DNA of 64,000 nt from Candidatus Eiseniibacteriota bacterium (GCA_031431875.1 JANPEF010000026.1:23270-87269), one strand, 5' to 3'; shown: positions 23,185 through 32,964, counted from the first letter of the stretch. A program made the numbers and translations. Notes: generated from the sequence alone by a model not told the origin.

Positions 23185-24516
23185 ATGATCCGAATCCGTT
23201 CCAATCCACTCCGGGCCGCGGCCACCGCCGCGGCCTTCGCCGTTTCCCTCGCCACCTCGATCGCACCTGCGCTCGCCGCCGACCCCCCCGTGCCGCGCTG
23301 GCTCCTGCTCACGGGCGCGACGCTGATCGACGGCAGGGGCGGCGCGCCGCAGCGCGGCGTCGAGGTGCTGGTGAAGAACGATCGCATCGAGTCGATCGGC
23401 GCGAACCTGGCGGCCCCCGCCGGGGCGACGACGCTCGACCTGGCCGGCCAGACGCTCTTGCCCGGGCTCATCGACTGCCACACCCACCTGACGTTCGAGG
23501 TCTCCGCCGGCACGCTCCTGCGCGGCGTGACCGAGACGCCCGCCGACCAGGCGATCGGCGCGACGCTCTTCGCGCGGCGCACGCTCGAGGCCGGCTTCAC
23601 CACCGTGCGCAACCTCGGCGCGAGCGAGTTCGTCGACGTGGCACTCAAGAAGGCGATCGACCGCGGCCTGGTCCCGGGACCGCGCATGATCGTCTCCACC
23701 AATTCGTTCTCGACCATCGGCGGCCACGGCGACGCCAATGGCTACCGCCCCGGCATCCTCGAGGACCACCTCGACTACACGCAGGGTCTGCCCACCGGCG
23801 CCGACGAGTGCCGAAAGGCGGTGCGCTACGCGCACAAGCATGGCGCGGGCGTGATCAAGATCATGACCACCGGCGGCGTCCTGTCGGCCAACGACGCGCT
23901 CGACGCACGTGCGTTCTCGGATGCCGAAATCGAGGCGATCGTCGACGAGGCGCACCTGCTGGGGCTGAGAGTCTGCGCGCATGCCCACGGCGCTGAAGGA
24001 CTCAAGGCGGCGGTGCGCGGCGGCGTGAACTCGATCGAGCACGGCACCTACCTCGACGACGAGGGCGTGAACCTGATGAAGCAGAAGGGCTGCTGGTTCG
24101 TCCCGACGCGCAGCGCCGGCGAATGGGTGTTCGACCAGGCCGACAAGGGCGGGATCCCGCCGCACGCCGTGGCCAAGGCGAAGCAGGTCGGCCCGATCAT
24201 GCGCGACTCATTCCGCCGCGCGCTGAACGGCGGTGTGAAGATCGCGTTTGGCACCGATGCCGGCGTCTTCCCCCACGGACAGAACGCGCGCGAGTTCAAG
24301 TTCATGACCGACCTGGGCATGAGCCCCATGGCCGCGATCGTCTCGGCCACCTCCGGAGCCGCCGGGCTGCTGGGCTGGAACGAGGTCGGCGTCGTCGAGA
24401 GGGGCCGCTACGCGGACTTCGTGGCGGTGCCGGGCGACCCGCTGGACGACATCACGCTGCTCGAGCGTCCGAGCCTGGTGATCAAGGGTGGCGCTGTCGT
24501 GATCGACCGCCGCTAG
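23185..24516 (+). CDS. Exported metal-dependent amidohydrolase (Xaa-Pro dipeptidase-like)
   Basis: Signal peptide; PGLIDCHTH, GFTTVRNLG, IKIMTTGGV, AHAHG, SIEHG, AFGTDAG. Confidence 0.92.
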   Translation: MIRIRSNPLRAAATAAAFAVSLATSIAPALAADPPVPRWLLLTGATLIDGRGGAPQRGVEVLVKNDRIESIGANLAAPAGATTLDLAGQTLLPGLIDCHTHLTFEVSAGTLLRGVTETPADQAIGATLFARRTLEAGFTTVRNLGASEFVDVALKKAIDRGLVPGPRMIVSTNSFSTIGGHGDANGYRPGILEDHLDYTQGLPTGADECRKAVRYAHKHGAGVIKIMTTGGVLSANDALDARAFSDAEIEAIVDEAHLLGLRVCAHAHGAEGLKAAVRGGVNSIEHGTYLDDEGVNLMKQKGCWFVPTRSAGEWVFDQADKGGIPPHAVAKAKQVGPIMRDSFRRALNGGVKIAFGTDAGVFPHGQNAREFKFMTDLGMSPMAAIVSATSGAAGLLGWNEVGVVERGRYADFVAVPGDPLDDITLLERPSLVIKGGAVVIDRR

Positions 24517-24517
24517 C

Positions 24518-25312
24518 TTGCGCGCGAACTCGTTTGGCGCGCGCTACGGAGGCGCCGCCCTCGTCACGGGCGCCTCGGCGGGGATCGGCGAGGCCTTCGC
24601 CCGCCGGCTCGCGGCCGACGGAACCGACGTCGTGCTCGTCGCCCGGCGCGGCGACCGGCTCGACGCGCTCGCGGCCGAATTGGTCGCTGCGCACGATGTG
24701 CGCGCCGAGGCGATCGCACTCGACCTCGTCGCCGCGGACGCGATCCCCCGCCTGCTCGCCGCAATGGCGGAACGCAACATCGTCGTGGGTCTCGTCGTCC
24801 ACAACGCCGGCATCGCAGTCAATGCGCCGTTCGCGACGGCCGACCCCGCCCGCCTGCTCGCCCAGGTCGATTTGCACTGTCGAGTCCCCGTCGAGCTCAC
24901 GCGCGCGCTCCTGCCGGCGATGATCGCCCGCGGGCGCGGCGGCCTGGTCTACGTGGCGAGCGTCGCGGGACACCTGGCCCTGGCCTCGGGCTCGCTCTAC
25001 AGCGCGACCAAGGCGTTCGACCTGTTCCTGGGCGAGAGCCTGTGGGGGGAGCTGGCACCGCTCGGCATCGACGCGCTCGCGGTCTCCCCCGGCTACACGC
25101 GGACCGAGTTCCACGGGGTCGCGGGGATCGACACGTCGGGGATCCCGGCCTGGGCCTGGACCTTCCCGGACGACGTCGCGAAGGCGGCCCTGGGGCGCCT
25201 GGGCAAGGACGCTTCGGTGGTCGTCGGCTGGCGCTACCAGGCGCTCACGGCGCTGATTCGGCTGGTTCCCCGGGGTCTCCTCAACCGCCTGGTCCGCGGT
25301 GTTTTTTCCTGA
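24518..25312 (+). CDS. SDR family oxidoreductase
   Basis: TGASAGIG, HNAG, YSATK; TTG start. Confidence 0.9.
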   Translation: MRANSFGARYGGAALVTGASAGIGEAFARRLAADGTDVVLVARRGDRLDALAAELVAAHDVRAEAIALDLVAADAIPRLLAAMAERNIVVGLVVHNAGIAVNAPFATADPARLLAQVDLHCRVPVELTRALLPAMIARGRGGLVYVASVAGHLALASGSLYSATKAFDLFLGESLWGELAPLGIDALAVSPGYTRTEFHGVAGIDTSGIPAWAWTFPDDVAKAALGRLGKDASVVVGWRYQALTALIRLVPRGLLNRLVRGVFS

Positions 25313-25389
25313 AAGCCCTCGCCTTGACCTGCCGATGACCCGGGGAACCGGGAGGCCGACAACCGTCCCCCCGCCGGAGGAGGCACGCC

Positions 25390-25905
25390 ATGCATCCCCA
25401 CACCGGTCCCACGGGAGGCCCCGCGGCCGCGGGCGGCGAGAACAATCTCATCGTCGCGCGCTATCGCAACGGCCAGGTGGTCAAGGGCTACACGCGCGAC
25501 TTCTTTCCCGAGCGGCCGCTCTTCCACGTGCTGCCCAAGGGGGCATCGCAGCCCATTCCGGTGAAGACCGCCGAGCTCAAGGGCGTGTTCTTCGTGCGTG
25601 ACCTCATCGGGAACCGGATGCGCCACAAGAACCGCCGCTTCCCGGCCATGGACAGTGGGCCGCAGGTCGGACGTCGCATCGCGGTGCTGTTCGAGGATGG
25701 CGAGTTGCTGGTGGGACACGCGCAGACATACTCGGTCGAACGCCCTGGTTTCTTCGTCTTCCCGCTCGATCCGCTGGGGAACAACACGCGCGTCTACGTG
25801 CTGCGTGCCGCGACGAAGCAGGTCAAGCTGGGTCCCATGGCCGAGGAACTGGCGCGCTCCACTCCGCCGGTGAAGAGCAAGCTGAGGCCGCCCGCGGCGG
25901 CGTAA
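25390..25905 (+). CDS. Conserved hypothetical protein (DUF6982-like), paralog 1
   Basis: GGAGG RBS; VARYRNGQVVKGYT.DF, LKGVFFVRDL, V.FEDGE.L.G, GFFVFPLDP..NN.RVYV; family name from memory. Confidence 0.7.
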   Translation: MHPHTGPTGGPAAAGGENNLIVARYRNGQVVKGYTRDFFPERPLFHVLPKGASQPIPVKTAELKGVFFVRDLIGNRMRHKNRRFPAMDSGPQVGRRIAVLFEDGELLVGHAQTYSVERPGFFVFPLDPLGNNTRVYVLRAATKQVKLGPMAEELARSTPPVKSKLRPPAAA

Positions 25906-26046
25906 GTCGGGATCGAGAGGCCCCTCCCGCCCCACGACGGTGCGGCCAAGCAGGTTTCTCCCCATCCGCAATCCGGCCGGACGGCACACCGAATGCGGAG
26001 GGAATGGGGCAGGCGACCGCCTTCGCCCCGCAGGAGGCACCAGGCC

Positions 26047-26574
26047 ATGAAACCCCATCCCTCGGGGAGCGGGCCCACGCCGACCGGCAGCGGGAGCAAC
26101 CTCGTCGTCGCGCGCACTCGAAACGGGAACGTGGTCAAGGGACACACCCGCGACTTCGTTCCCGAGAACCCGTGCTTCCACGTCCTGCCCCGCGGCGGCG
26201 CCCCGCTGGTGTCGATCGCGATGGCGGAGTTGAAGGCGGTATTCTTCGTGCGCGACCTGATCGGCAGCAAGCTGCGCCACAAGAGCCGGGAGTTCCCGAA
26301 GTTCGACCGCGGACCGGATGCCGGCCGCCGCATCGCGGTGGTCTTCGATGACGGCGAACTCCTCATCGGTCACGCCCAGACCTATGCGGGAGACCAGCCG
26401 GGGTTCTTCGTCTATCCGCTGGATCCGGACGGGAACAACTCGCGTGTCTACGTGCTGCGCGCGGCGACAAGGGAAGTGCGGCTCGGGCTGGGCGCCGAGG
26501 AACTCGCTCGCGTGACGCCGCCGGTGGAGCACGGCGACGCCACCCGTCGCCGCCGCATCCTGGGCGACCGCTAG
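26047..26574 (+). CDS. Conserved hypothetical protein (DUF6982-like), paralog 2
   Basis: GGAGG RBS; colinear with and highly similar to 25390-25905. Confidence 0.7.
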   Translation: MKPHPSGSGPTPTGSGSNLVVARTRNGNVVKGHTRDFVPENPCFHVLPRGGAPLVSIAMAELKAVFFVRDLIGSKLRHKSREFPKFDRGPDAGRRIAVVFDDGELLIGHAQTYAGDQPGFFVYPLDPDGNNSRVYVLRAATREVRLGLGAEELARVTPPVEHGDATRRRRILGDR

Positions 26575-26582
26575 TCAGTCCG

Positions 26583-27599
26583 CTACCGGTACCGCGCCAG
26601 CGCCAGGTCCACGATCTCGCCAATCAGCGTGGGATAGTCGCGCCCCGATTTCTTCGCCGCCATCGCGAACTCCGCCGACGCCGCCAGCCACGGGTTCGGA
26701 TTGACCTCGAGCACGTAGACGCGCCCGTCCGCCGCCAGGCGCATGTCGATGCGCCCGTAGTCGCGCAGCTCGAGCGCGCGGTACGCCTGCAGCGCGGTCT
26801 GCTGCAGGTCGGCGGTGACCTTCTCGTCGAGGTCCGACGGAATCACGCTCTTGGTCACCTTGTAGGCGAGCGTCCCCGTCTCCCACTTCACTTCGCTGCC
26901 GGCGATGCGCGGCGTGCCCTCGGGCAGCTTCGACAGGTCGAGTTCGACGACCGGCAACGCCTCGGGCTCGCCATTGCCCAGCACGGCGACATACATCTCG
27001 CGCCCCTCGATGTACTCCTCGATCAGAACCGGCGAGTCGAACTGCTCGTGCAGGTCGTGGATGCGCTCCATCAGGTCCTTGATCGACTCGCACAGCGCGT
27101 TGAACGCGATGCCGATCGAGCCGTCCTCGCGCGCGGGCTTGACGATCACCGGGAACTGCAGGTCGTGTGACCAGTCGAGGCGCCCGCGGTGGACGCTGGC
27201 AAAATACGGCGTCCGGATCCCGTGGAATGCGAAGAGCTTCTTGGCCAGCGACTTGTTCTGCGCCAGGTGCATGCCGCCGGGTCCCGAGCCGGTGAACTTC
27301 TTCCCCAGCAACTCGAGGTATGCGGCGAGGTGGATGTCCTTCGTGTCGTCCCCCGCCCACGACTCGGTCAGGTTGAACACCAGGTCGCACTCGGCCGCCG
27401 CGAGGCGCCCCAGCGCCTCGGTCGTGCCGTCGAGCTCGAGGTAGATCGGCGCGTGGCCCAGCGTCTTCAGGGCCTCGTGGATCTGCTGGCGATCCTCCTT
27501 CTCGGGCTTCTTCTTCCGCGCCTGCGGCGCCTCCTCGACGACCTCCTCGCTGCCGTCGTCCCACACGTCGTAGAGCACTGCGATCCGCAGTCGGGCCAT
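26583..27599 (-). CDS. D-Ala-D-Ala-ligase-like ATP-grasp protein
   Basis: DLVFNL.E, FTGS, NKSLAKK, PVIVKP..EDGSIGI, LIEEYIEGRE, YGRIDMR, LEVNPNP. Confidence 0.88.
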   Translation of the reverse strand: MARLRIAVLYDVWDDGSEEVVEEAPQARKKKPEKEDRQQIHEALKTLGHAPIYLELDGTTEALGRLAAAECDLVFNLTESWAGDDTKDIHLAAYLELLGKKFTGSGPGGMHLAQNKSLAKKLFAFHGIRTPYFASVHRGRLDWSHDLQFPVIVKPAREDGSIGIAFNALCESIKDLMERIHDLHEQFDSPVLIEEYIEGREMYVAVLGNGEPEALPVVELDLSKLPEGTPRIAGSEVKWETGTLAYKVTKSVIPSDLDEKVTADLQQTALQAYRALELRDYGRIDMRLAADGRVYVLEVNPNPWLAASAEFAMAAKKSGRDYPTLIGEIVDLALARYR

Positions 27600-27625
27600 G
27601 GTCACCTCGGGGCCGGTGGCGCCCC

Positions 27626-28639
27626 TCAGACGTGGATGAACTTTCCGCGCGTCAGGTAGTTCATGGCGAGCGTGGTCCCGTAGGCTGTGAGTTCGATCAG
27701 CGCCAGCGACTCCCGCGCCCGCTCGATCCACAGGTCGAGATCCTTCGTGTGCTGCGCCATGGCTTCCACCAGGCCGCGCACGACCGGTCGTTTGACACCC
27801 GTCCAGTACGTGATCTTGTCCGTCAGCGCGACGCGATGCTCGAGCAGGAACTCGGTCGCCGGCCGCACGTTCTTGCGCCGCGGGTTCCGGCGCACGAACA
27901 TGTCGCGCAGGTCGCCGTCCATGGCCATGTCCACCGCAGCCTTGTTCTGCTCGAGCACCTGGCGGTAGAACTCCTCGACGGTGAGCTCCATCTCCTCCAC
28001 GGTGATGTCCGTGTCACCGTGGCCGACGATCGGGTCGACGGCGCCGAAGCGCTTCGCCATCCGGTCCATGTAACGCAACTTCTGGATCGCCGGCCAGCCC
28101 TTGTAGCGCTCGCGCCACGCCGAGCGCGGCGTGAGCCAGACGGCGAACGTCTCGGCGAAGTCCTCGTCGGGATGCTTCTGCGCGTACCAACCCGCGAGGT
28201 GGCGCACGTACTTGCGCGAGAATGGCACGGGCCGGTAGTCGTCGCGATAGCGGCGGTTGAACGGCCCGAACAGCTCGCGCCACTCGGGCGTGGCGTACAG
28301 GCGATAGGCGTAATTGAACGCGTGGCCGGCCTCGTGGCGCAGGTACATGAGGATCTCGCGCTGACTCTCGAGGTCGTTGACGTGCCCCTCGAGGCGGGCG
28401 AGCTTGGGGTCCGCGAGGTAGAATGGAATGCCGATCACGGGCTCCCCCGACGGGCAGCCCCACTCGTCGGTCAGGTAGACCACGGCCTTGAAGCGCTCGA
28501 GGCCCTTCTGCAGGAGTTCCTTGCGCAGCTTCTCGACCGAACGCTCGACCGGTGAGCCCTCGACCTTGAGCCCGAGTTGCGAGATGCGCTTGCCCAGCAT
28601 CTCCTTGACCTCGGGGGGGGTCTTCTCGAACTCGATCAT
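27626..28639 (-). CDS. Putative zinc-binding metallopeptidase (zincin-like)
   Basis: LRHEAGHA (HExxH), WYAQKHPDEDFAETFAVWLTP. Confidence 0.8.
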   Translation of the reverse strand: MIEFEKTPPEVKEMLGKRISQLGLKVEGSPVERSVEKLRKELLQKGLERFKAVVYLTDEWGCPSGEPVIGIPFYLADPKLARLEGHVNDLESQREILMYLRHEAGHAFNYAYRLYATPEWRELFGPFNRRYRDDYRPVPFSRKYVRHLAGWYAQKHPDEDFAETFAVWLTPRSAWRERYKGWPAIQKLRYMDRMAKRFGAVDPIVGHGDTDITVEEMELTVEEFYRQVLEQNKAAVDMAMDGDLRDMFVRRNPRRKNVRPATEFLLEHRVALTDKITYWTGVKRPVVRGLVEAMAQHTKDLDLWIERARESLALIELTAYGTTLAMNYLTRGKFIHV

Positions 28640-28700
28640 GCCCGGATTTACGCACACGGACGCTGGTGAGGCAACCGCGTCCGTGCGAGACTGTCGAACT

Positions 28701-30170
28701 GTGACCCGACCCACCGTCCTCGTCACCGGCGCCTCCGGCTACATCGGGGGTCGACTCGTCCCTCGCCTGCTGGCGAGCGGAGTCGACGTGCGCTGCCTCG
28801 CGCGCACACCCGTGCGGCTCGCGGGCCGTGCCTGGAGCGCCGATCCGGCGGTCACCATCATGCAGGGCGACGCGCTCGATGCGGGCGCGCTCGACCGTGC
28901 GCTCGCGGGCTGCGACACGGCGTACTACCTCATCCATGCGCTCGCCGGCGGCGAGGGCTTTGCCGCCCGCGATCGCAATGCGGCGCACCTGTTCGGCGAG
29001 GCGGCGCTGCGCGCCGGCGTGCGACAGGTCATCTACCTGGGTGGGCTCGGCGAGGCACGCGCCGACCTGTCGCCCCACTTGCGCAGCCGGCACGAGACGG
29101 GCGAGGCGCTGCGCGCGACCGGCGCCCCGGTCACCGAGTTCCGCGCCGCCGTCATCGTGGGCTCGGGCAGCCTCTCCTTCGAGATGATCCGCTACCTGAC
29201 CGAGCGCGTGCCGGTGATGATCTGCCCACGCTGGGTGTCCACGCGCTGCCAGCCGATCGCGATCCGCGACGTGCTCGACTACCTCGTCGCCGCGCGCGGC
29301 CGCGCCGAGGCGATCGGCCGCGTGTTCGAGATCGGCGGACCGGACGTGCTCACCTACGGCGACATGATGAGGACCTACGCCCGCCTGCGCGGGCTCAAGC
29401 GCCTGCTCGTGCCGGTCCCGGTGCTCACGCCGCGCCTGTCGTCGTACTGGGTCGACCTCGTCACGCCGATCCCCAAGGAGATCGCCCGAACGCTGGTCGA
29501 GGGCATGCGCAACGAGGTCATCGTGCACGACGACTCCGCCCGACGGCTGTTCGACGTCGAGCCCACGCCCTACGCGACGGCCGTCCAGCGTGCGCTCGAG
29601 GACGCGAACCGCGACGACGTCGAGACCGACTGGGCCGGCGCATTCCCTGGGGGGCCGCTCGAAGGCACCGTGTCGCTTGAGGAACGCGAGGGCCGCATCT
29701 TCGAGCGACGGATGCGCACCGTCCGCGCGCCGTCCGCCTGCGTGTATACCACGTTCGCCGGAATCGGCGGCCGTCGCGGCTGGTACTTCGGCACCGCCCT
29801 GTGGCGGCTGCGCGGTCTGCTCGATCGCCTGGTCGGCGGCGTGGGCATGCGCCGCGGGCGCCGTCACCCCGATGAACTCCGCCCCGGCGACGCGCTCGAT
29901 TTCTGGCGCGTCGAATCGGTGGACTCCGGGCGCGCGCTCCGCCTGCGCGCCGAGATGAAGCTGCCCGGCCGCGCCTGGCTGGTCTTCGAGTGCGAGCCCG
30001 ATCCGGCGGACGCGACGCGCACGCAGCTTCGCCAGACCGCGGTCTTCGAGCCGCGCGGCCTGTTCGGTCTTGTCTACTGGTACGCACTGTATCCGCTGCA
30101 CCAGGTCGTCTTCGACGGACTCATCGACGCAATCCGCCGGCGGGCCGAATCGGCGGGAAACGGGACGTGA
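28701..30170 (+). CDS. YbjT-like atypical SDR with C-terminal DUF2867
   Basis: VLVTGASGYIGG.L, YYLIH, IYLGGLG, HLRSR; C-domain IGG.RGWY..LW.LRG.LD, DFWRV, LRAEMKLPG.AWL, GLVYWY. Confidence 0.9.
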   Translation: MTRPTVLVTGASGYIGGRLVPRLLASGVDVRCLARTPVRLAGRAWSADPAVTIMQGDALDAGALDRALAGCDTAYYLIHALAGGEGFAARDRNAAHLFGEAALRAGVRQVIYLGGLGEARADLSPHLRSRHETGEALRATGAPVTEFRAAVIVGSGSLSFEMIRYLTERVPVMICPRWVSTRCQPIAIRDVLDYLVAARGRAEAIGRVFEIGGPDVLTYGDMMRTYARLRGLKRLLVPVPVLTPRLSSYWVDLVTPIPKEIARTLVEGMRNEVIVHDDSARRLFDVEPTPYATAVQRALEDANRDDVETDWAGAFPGGPLEGTVSLEEREGRIFERRMRTVRAPSACVYTTFAGIGGRRGWYFGTALWRLRGLLDRLVGGVGMRRGRRHPDELRPGDALDFWRVESVDSGRALRLRAEMKLPGRAWLVFECEPDPADATRTQLRQTAVFEPRGLFGLVYWYALYPLHQVVFDGLIDAIRRRAESAGNGT

Positions 30171-31609
30171 ACCGCCGGACTGCGATCGGCCTCGCGCTCG
30201 CGCTCGTCGCTGCGGCGATCGTGCTGGCGATCCCCGCGCCATCGATCTCGCCGCAGGCCCACCGCCTGGGGGCGATCTGGATCGCGATTGTCATCCTGTG
30301 GATGACCGAGGCGCTGCCGTTCGCCGTCAGCGGCCTGCTCGCGCCGACGCTCGTCATCATGGCCGGCGTGGCGACGCCGCGCGACGCGTTCGCGGCGTTT
30401 GGCGATCCGGTGCTGTTCCTGCTCATCGGCTCGTTCCTGCTCGCCCGCGCATTCGAGTCGTCGGGACTCGGGCGCAGAATTGCGCTCGTGCTGCTCACGC
30501 TGCCGTTCGTCGCGGGGCGGCCGCTGCGTATCCTGCCGCTGTACGGCCTGCTGTGCTTCACCATCTCGATGTGGACCAGCAACACGGCCACGGCGGCGCT
30601 CATGTTCCCGATCGCGCTCTCCGTGCTGACCATGCTCGGGCACGGCGAGGCGGCGGGCGGGCGCGAGCGCTACGCAACCGCGCTCCTGTTGATGTGCACG
30701 TTTGGCGCCTCGATCGGCGGGTTGGCCACGCCGGTCGGGACGCCGCCCAACCTGATCGGGCTTGGCCTGATCGAGCGCGAGCTCGGAACCCGCCCCAGCT
30801 TTCTCGAGTGGATGACCGTGTTCGTCCCGGTGTCGCTCGCGCTGCACCTGGCGATGACCGCGATCTTCATCGTCTCAGCCCGGCGCGATCCGGCCGCGGC
30901 GCCGCGGCCCACGCCCGGGCTGATCGCCGAGCGCGAGCGCCTCGGTCCCTGGACGGCGCGCGAGCGCGCGGTGGCCGGGATCTTCGGCGGGACGATCGTG
31001 CTCTGGCTCCTCCCGGGGCTGTGGGAGCTCGCCCTCGGGGCGAGCGATCCGCTGGCGGGGCAGCTCACCAGGGTGCTGCCCGAGACCGCGACGGCGCTGC
31101 TGGGCGCGGCATTCCTGTTCATCGTGCCCGCCGGTGGGCGCCCGACACTGACGTGGGAGGAGGCCCGGGACATCGACTGGGGCACGATCCTCCTGTTCGG
31201 CGGCGGGGTGTGCCTGGGCGGGCTCCTGCTCTCGAGCGGGCTCGGCGGGGCGATCGCCGAGGCGTTGCGCCGCGCCGCGGGCCTCCACGACGCGCTCGGC
31301 GTCACCGCGCTGTCGGTGGTGCTCGCCGTCTTCCTCTCCGAGACCAGCTCGAACACCGCGTCGGCCACGCTCATCGTGCCGATCACGATCGCGCTGTCGC
31401 ACAGCGTGGGCGCCGATCCGCTGGTGCCCGCGCTGGCCGCGACGGCGGCGTCGAGCCTCGGCTTCATGCTGCCGGTCTCGACCGCGCCGAACGCGATCGT
31501 CTTCGGCTCCGGCCGCGTTCCGCTGGGCGTGATGATCCGCTACGGCCTCACCCTCGACCTGCTCGGCATCGGGCTGCTGATCGGCACCGCGGCGCTGTTC
31601 CTGCGATGA
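30167..31609 (+). CDS. SLC13/DASS family sodium:anion symporter
   Basis: SMWTSNTAT, IGGLATPVGTPPN, IDWGTILLFGGG, SETSSNTA, FMLPVSTAPNAIV; GTGA overlap. Confidence 0.92.
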   Translation: MNRRTAIGLALALVAAAIVLAIPAPSISPQAHRLGAIWIAIVILWMTEALPFAVSGLLAPTLVIMAGVATPRDAFAAFGDPVLFLLIGSFLLARAFESSGLGRRIALVLLTLPFVAGRPLRILPLYGLLCFTISMWTSNTATAALMFPIALSVLTMLGHGEAAGGRERYATALLLMCTFGASIGGLATPVGTPPNLIGLGLIERELGTRPSFLEWMTVFVPVSLALHLAMTAIFIVSARRDPAAAPRPTPGLIAERERLGPWTARERAVAGIFGGTIVLWLLPGLWELALGASDPLAGQLTRVLPETATALLGAAFLFIVPAGGRPTLTWEEARDIDWGTILLFGGGVCLGGLLLSSGLGGAIAEALRRAAGLHDALGVTALSVVLAVFLSETSSNTASATLIVPITIALSHSVGADPLVPALAATAASSLGFMLPVSTAPNAIVFGSGRVPLGVMIRYGLTLDLLGIGLLIGTAALFLR

Positions 31610-31896
31610 TCCGCTTCCGCGACGAGGGGGACGAGGATGCGCCCGACGATGCCCCCGCCGGCCCGCACGACGACGACGACGCGCTCGACCACGGCGCGCG
31701 CTCGCGCGTCGACGACACCTATGCGGCGACCTGCCCGTACTGCTTCGAGGAGAACGAGTTGTTCGTCGACCTGGGCGGCGGCTCCGACCAGAGCTACGTC
31801 GAGGATTGCGCGGTGTGCTGCCGACCGTGGCAGGTCAGGGTGACGGTCGACCAGGAGGGCGCGGTGGCAGTCGAGCTGGAGCCGCTCGACGAGTGA
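31606..31896 (+). CDS. CPXCG-motif cysteine-rich protein
   Basis: CPYCFE...QSYVEDCAVCCRP after an Asp-rich N-terminus; ATGA overlap. Confidence 0.85.
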   Translation: MIRFRDEGDEDAPDDAPAGPHDDDDALDHGARSRVDDTYAATCPYCFEENELFVDLGGGSDQSYVEDCAVCCRPWQVRVTVDQEGAVAVELEPLDE

Positions 31897-31921
31897 GGCA
31901 AGTCGCCAGGGGCGGGTCCGC

Positions 31922-32872
31922 TCAGCGGCGGTAGGTGTCCTTGAGCCGCCCCCACGATCGACGGATCGCCGGCGTCGAGGGATGGAACGGCACCCACGTG
32001 ATGTAGGCGGGCCCGCCCCCCACCAGGAACGTCTTGGCCGACGAGAGCGCCGCGTCGCACAGTACGACCTCGCCGAGCGCGGTGCTCATCGCCACCTCGC
32101 CGCTCGCCGACACCGCGACGTCGATCAATCCCGGGATGGCGGTGTCCAGCGTGTCGAACGAGGCGCCCTGCGCCGTGAAGCGCCGGATGGATCCGTCGCC
32201 CGAAGCGCCGTAGTACGTCCCGTCGGGCGCGAGCGCGATCGCTTGCAGGGAGCCGTCGAGCTGCACCGAGCCGGTGCTCGCCATGGTGAGCGGATCGAAG
32301 ATGAAGACGACGTTCGTGTTGGCGACCAGCGCATGCAGGCGCCCGTCCGGCCCGGCGGCGAGGTCGCTGAAGTCGAAGCCCGCGATCCCCCGCTCCGCCA
32401 GGTAGCCGGCATCCCCGTCGAATGCGATCAGCCCGTTCGCGGCGCCGCTCGGCGTCGCCATGTCGCCGGCGACGAAGTCGTGCCCGAACGCGGCGAGCCC
32501 GCCGAAACCGCCGAGTTCCAATGTCGACCAGCCCGGGAACGTGGCGTGCGTCCACCCCGCCACGCCGGCGTCGTACACGCTGAGGTACGGCGCCGTCGCG
32601 CCGTTGAAGACGCCGAGCCGCGCGTCGGAATCGAACGCCAGGCCGAGCAACGGGTTCGTGCCACCGCGCGCCCCCGGCGGATAGGGCACGGCAATCGACG
32701 CCACCGGCAGCCCGTCGGTGCGAAACTCGCGGACCTCCGCGCCGCTGGTGAGGACGACATTGCCCCAGCTGAACGCGCTGGCGGGGCCGGAGGGCGCCAG
32801 GGCGCCGCCGAGGATGCCCAGGGCCACGAGCGCGAGCCGTGCGTGCGGCGGATGATGCAGACCAGGGATCAC
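31922..32872 (-). CDS. Exported beta-propeller-like protein with terminal SWGRLKxxYRR motif
   Basis: GGAG RBS + GTG; signal peptide ending ASA; repeats GLAFD, DLAAGPDG, AIALAPDG, DVAVSASG; C-terminus PSTPAIRRSWGRLKDTYRR. Confidence 0.7.
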   Translation of the reverse strand: MIPGLHHPPHARLALVALGILGGALAPSGPASAFSWGNVVLTSGAEVREFRTDGLPVASIAVPYPPGARGGTNPLLGLAFDSDARLGVFNGATAPYLSVYDAGVAGWTHATFPGWSTLELGGFGGLAAFGHDFVAGDMATPSGAANGLIAFDGDAGYLAERGIAGFDFSDLAAGPDGRLHALVANTNVVFIFDPLTMASTGSVQLDGSLQAIALAPDGTYYGASGDGSIRRFTAQGASFDTLDTAIPGLIDVAVSASGEVAMSTALGEVVLCDAALSSAKTFLVGGGPAYITWVPFHPSTPAIRRSWGRLKDTYRR

Positions 32873-32936
32873 GAACGCTCCAGATTGAGCCGGCGCCCTG
32901 CGCGCCGGGACCGTGATTCTAGCACCGCAACGCAGA

Positions 32937-32964
32937 GGCCCGGGACGAGGCTTCGTCCCGGGCC
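32937..32964. terminator. Hairpin downstream of yceI
   Basis: GGCCCGGGACGA-GGCT-TCGTCCCGGGCC, 12-bp stem; no clear U tract. Confidence 0.5.

Noticed and set aside
26583..27599. Calling the ATP-grasp gene ddl or a van-type resistance ligase
   Set aside because: Lacks canonical Ddl N-terminal motifs and any mur or van context
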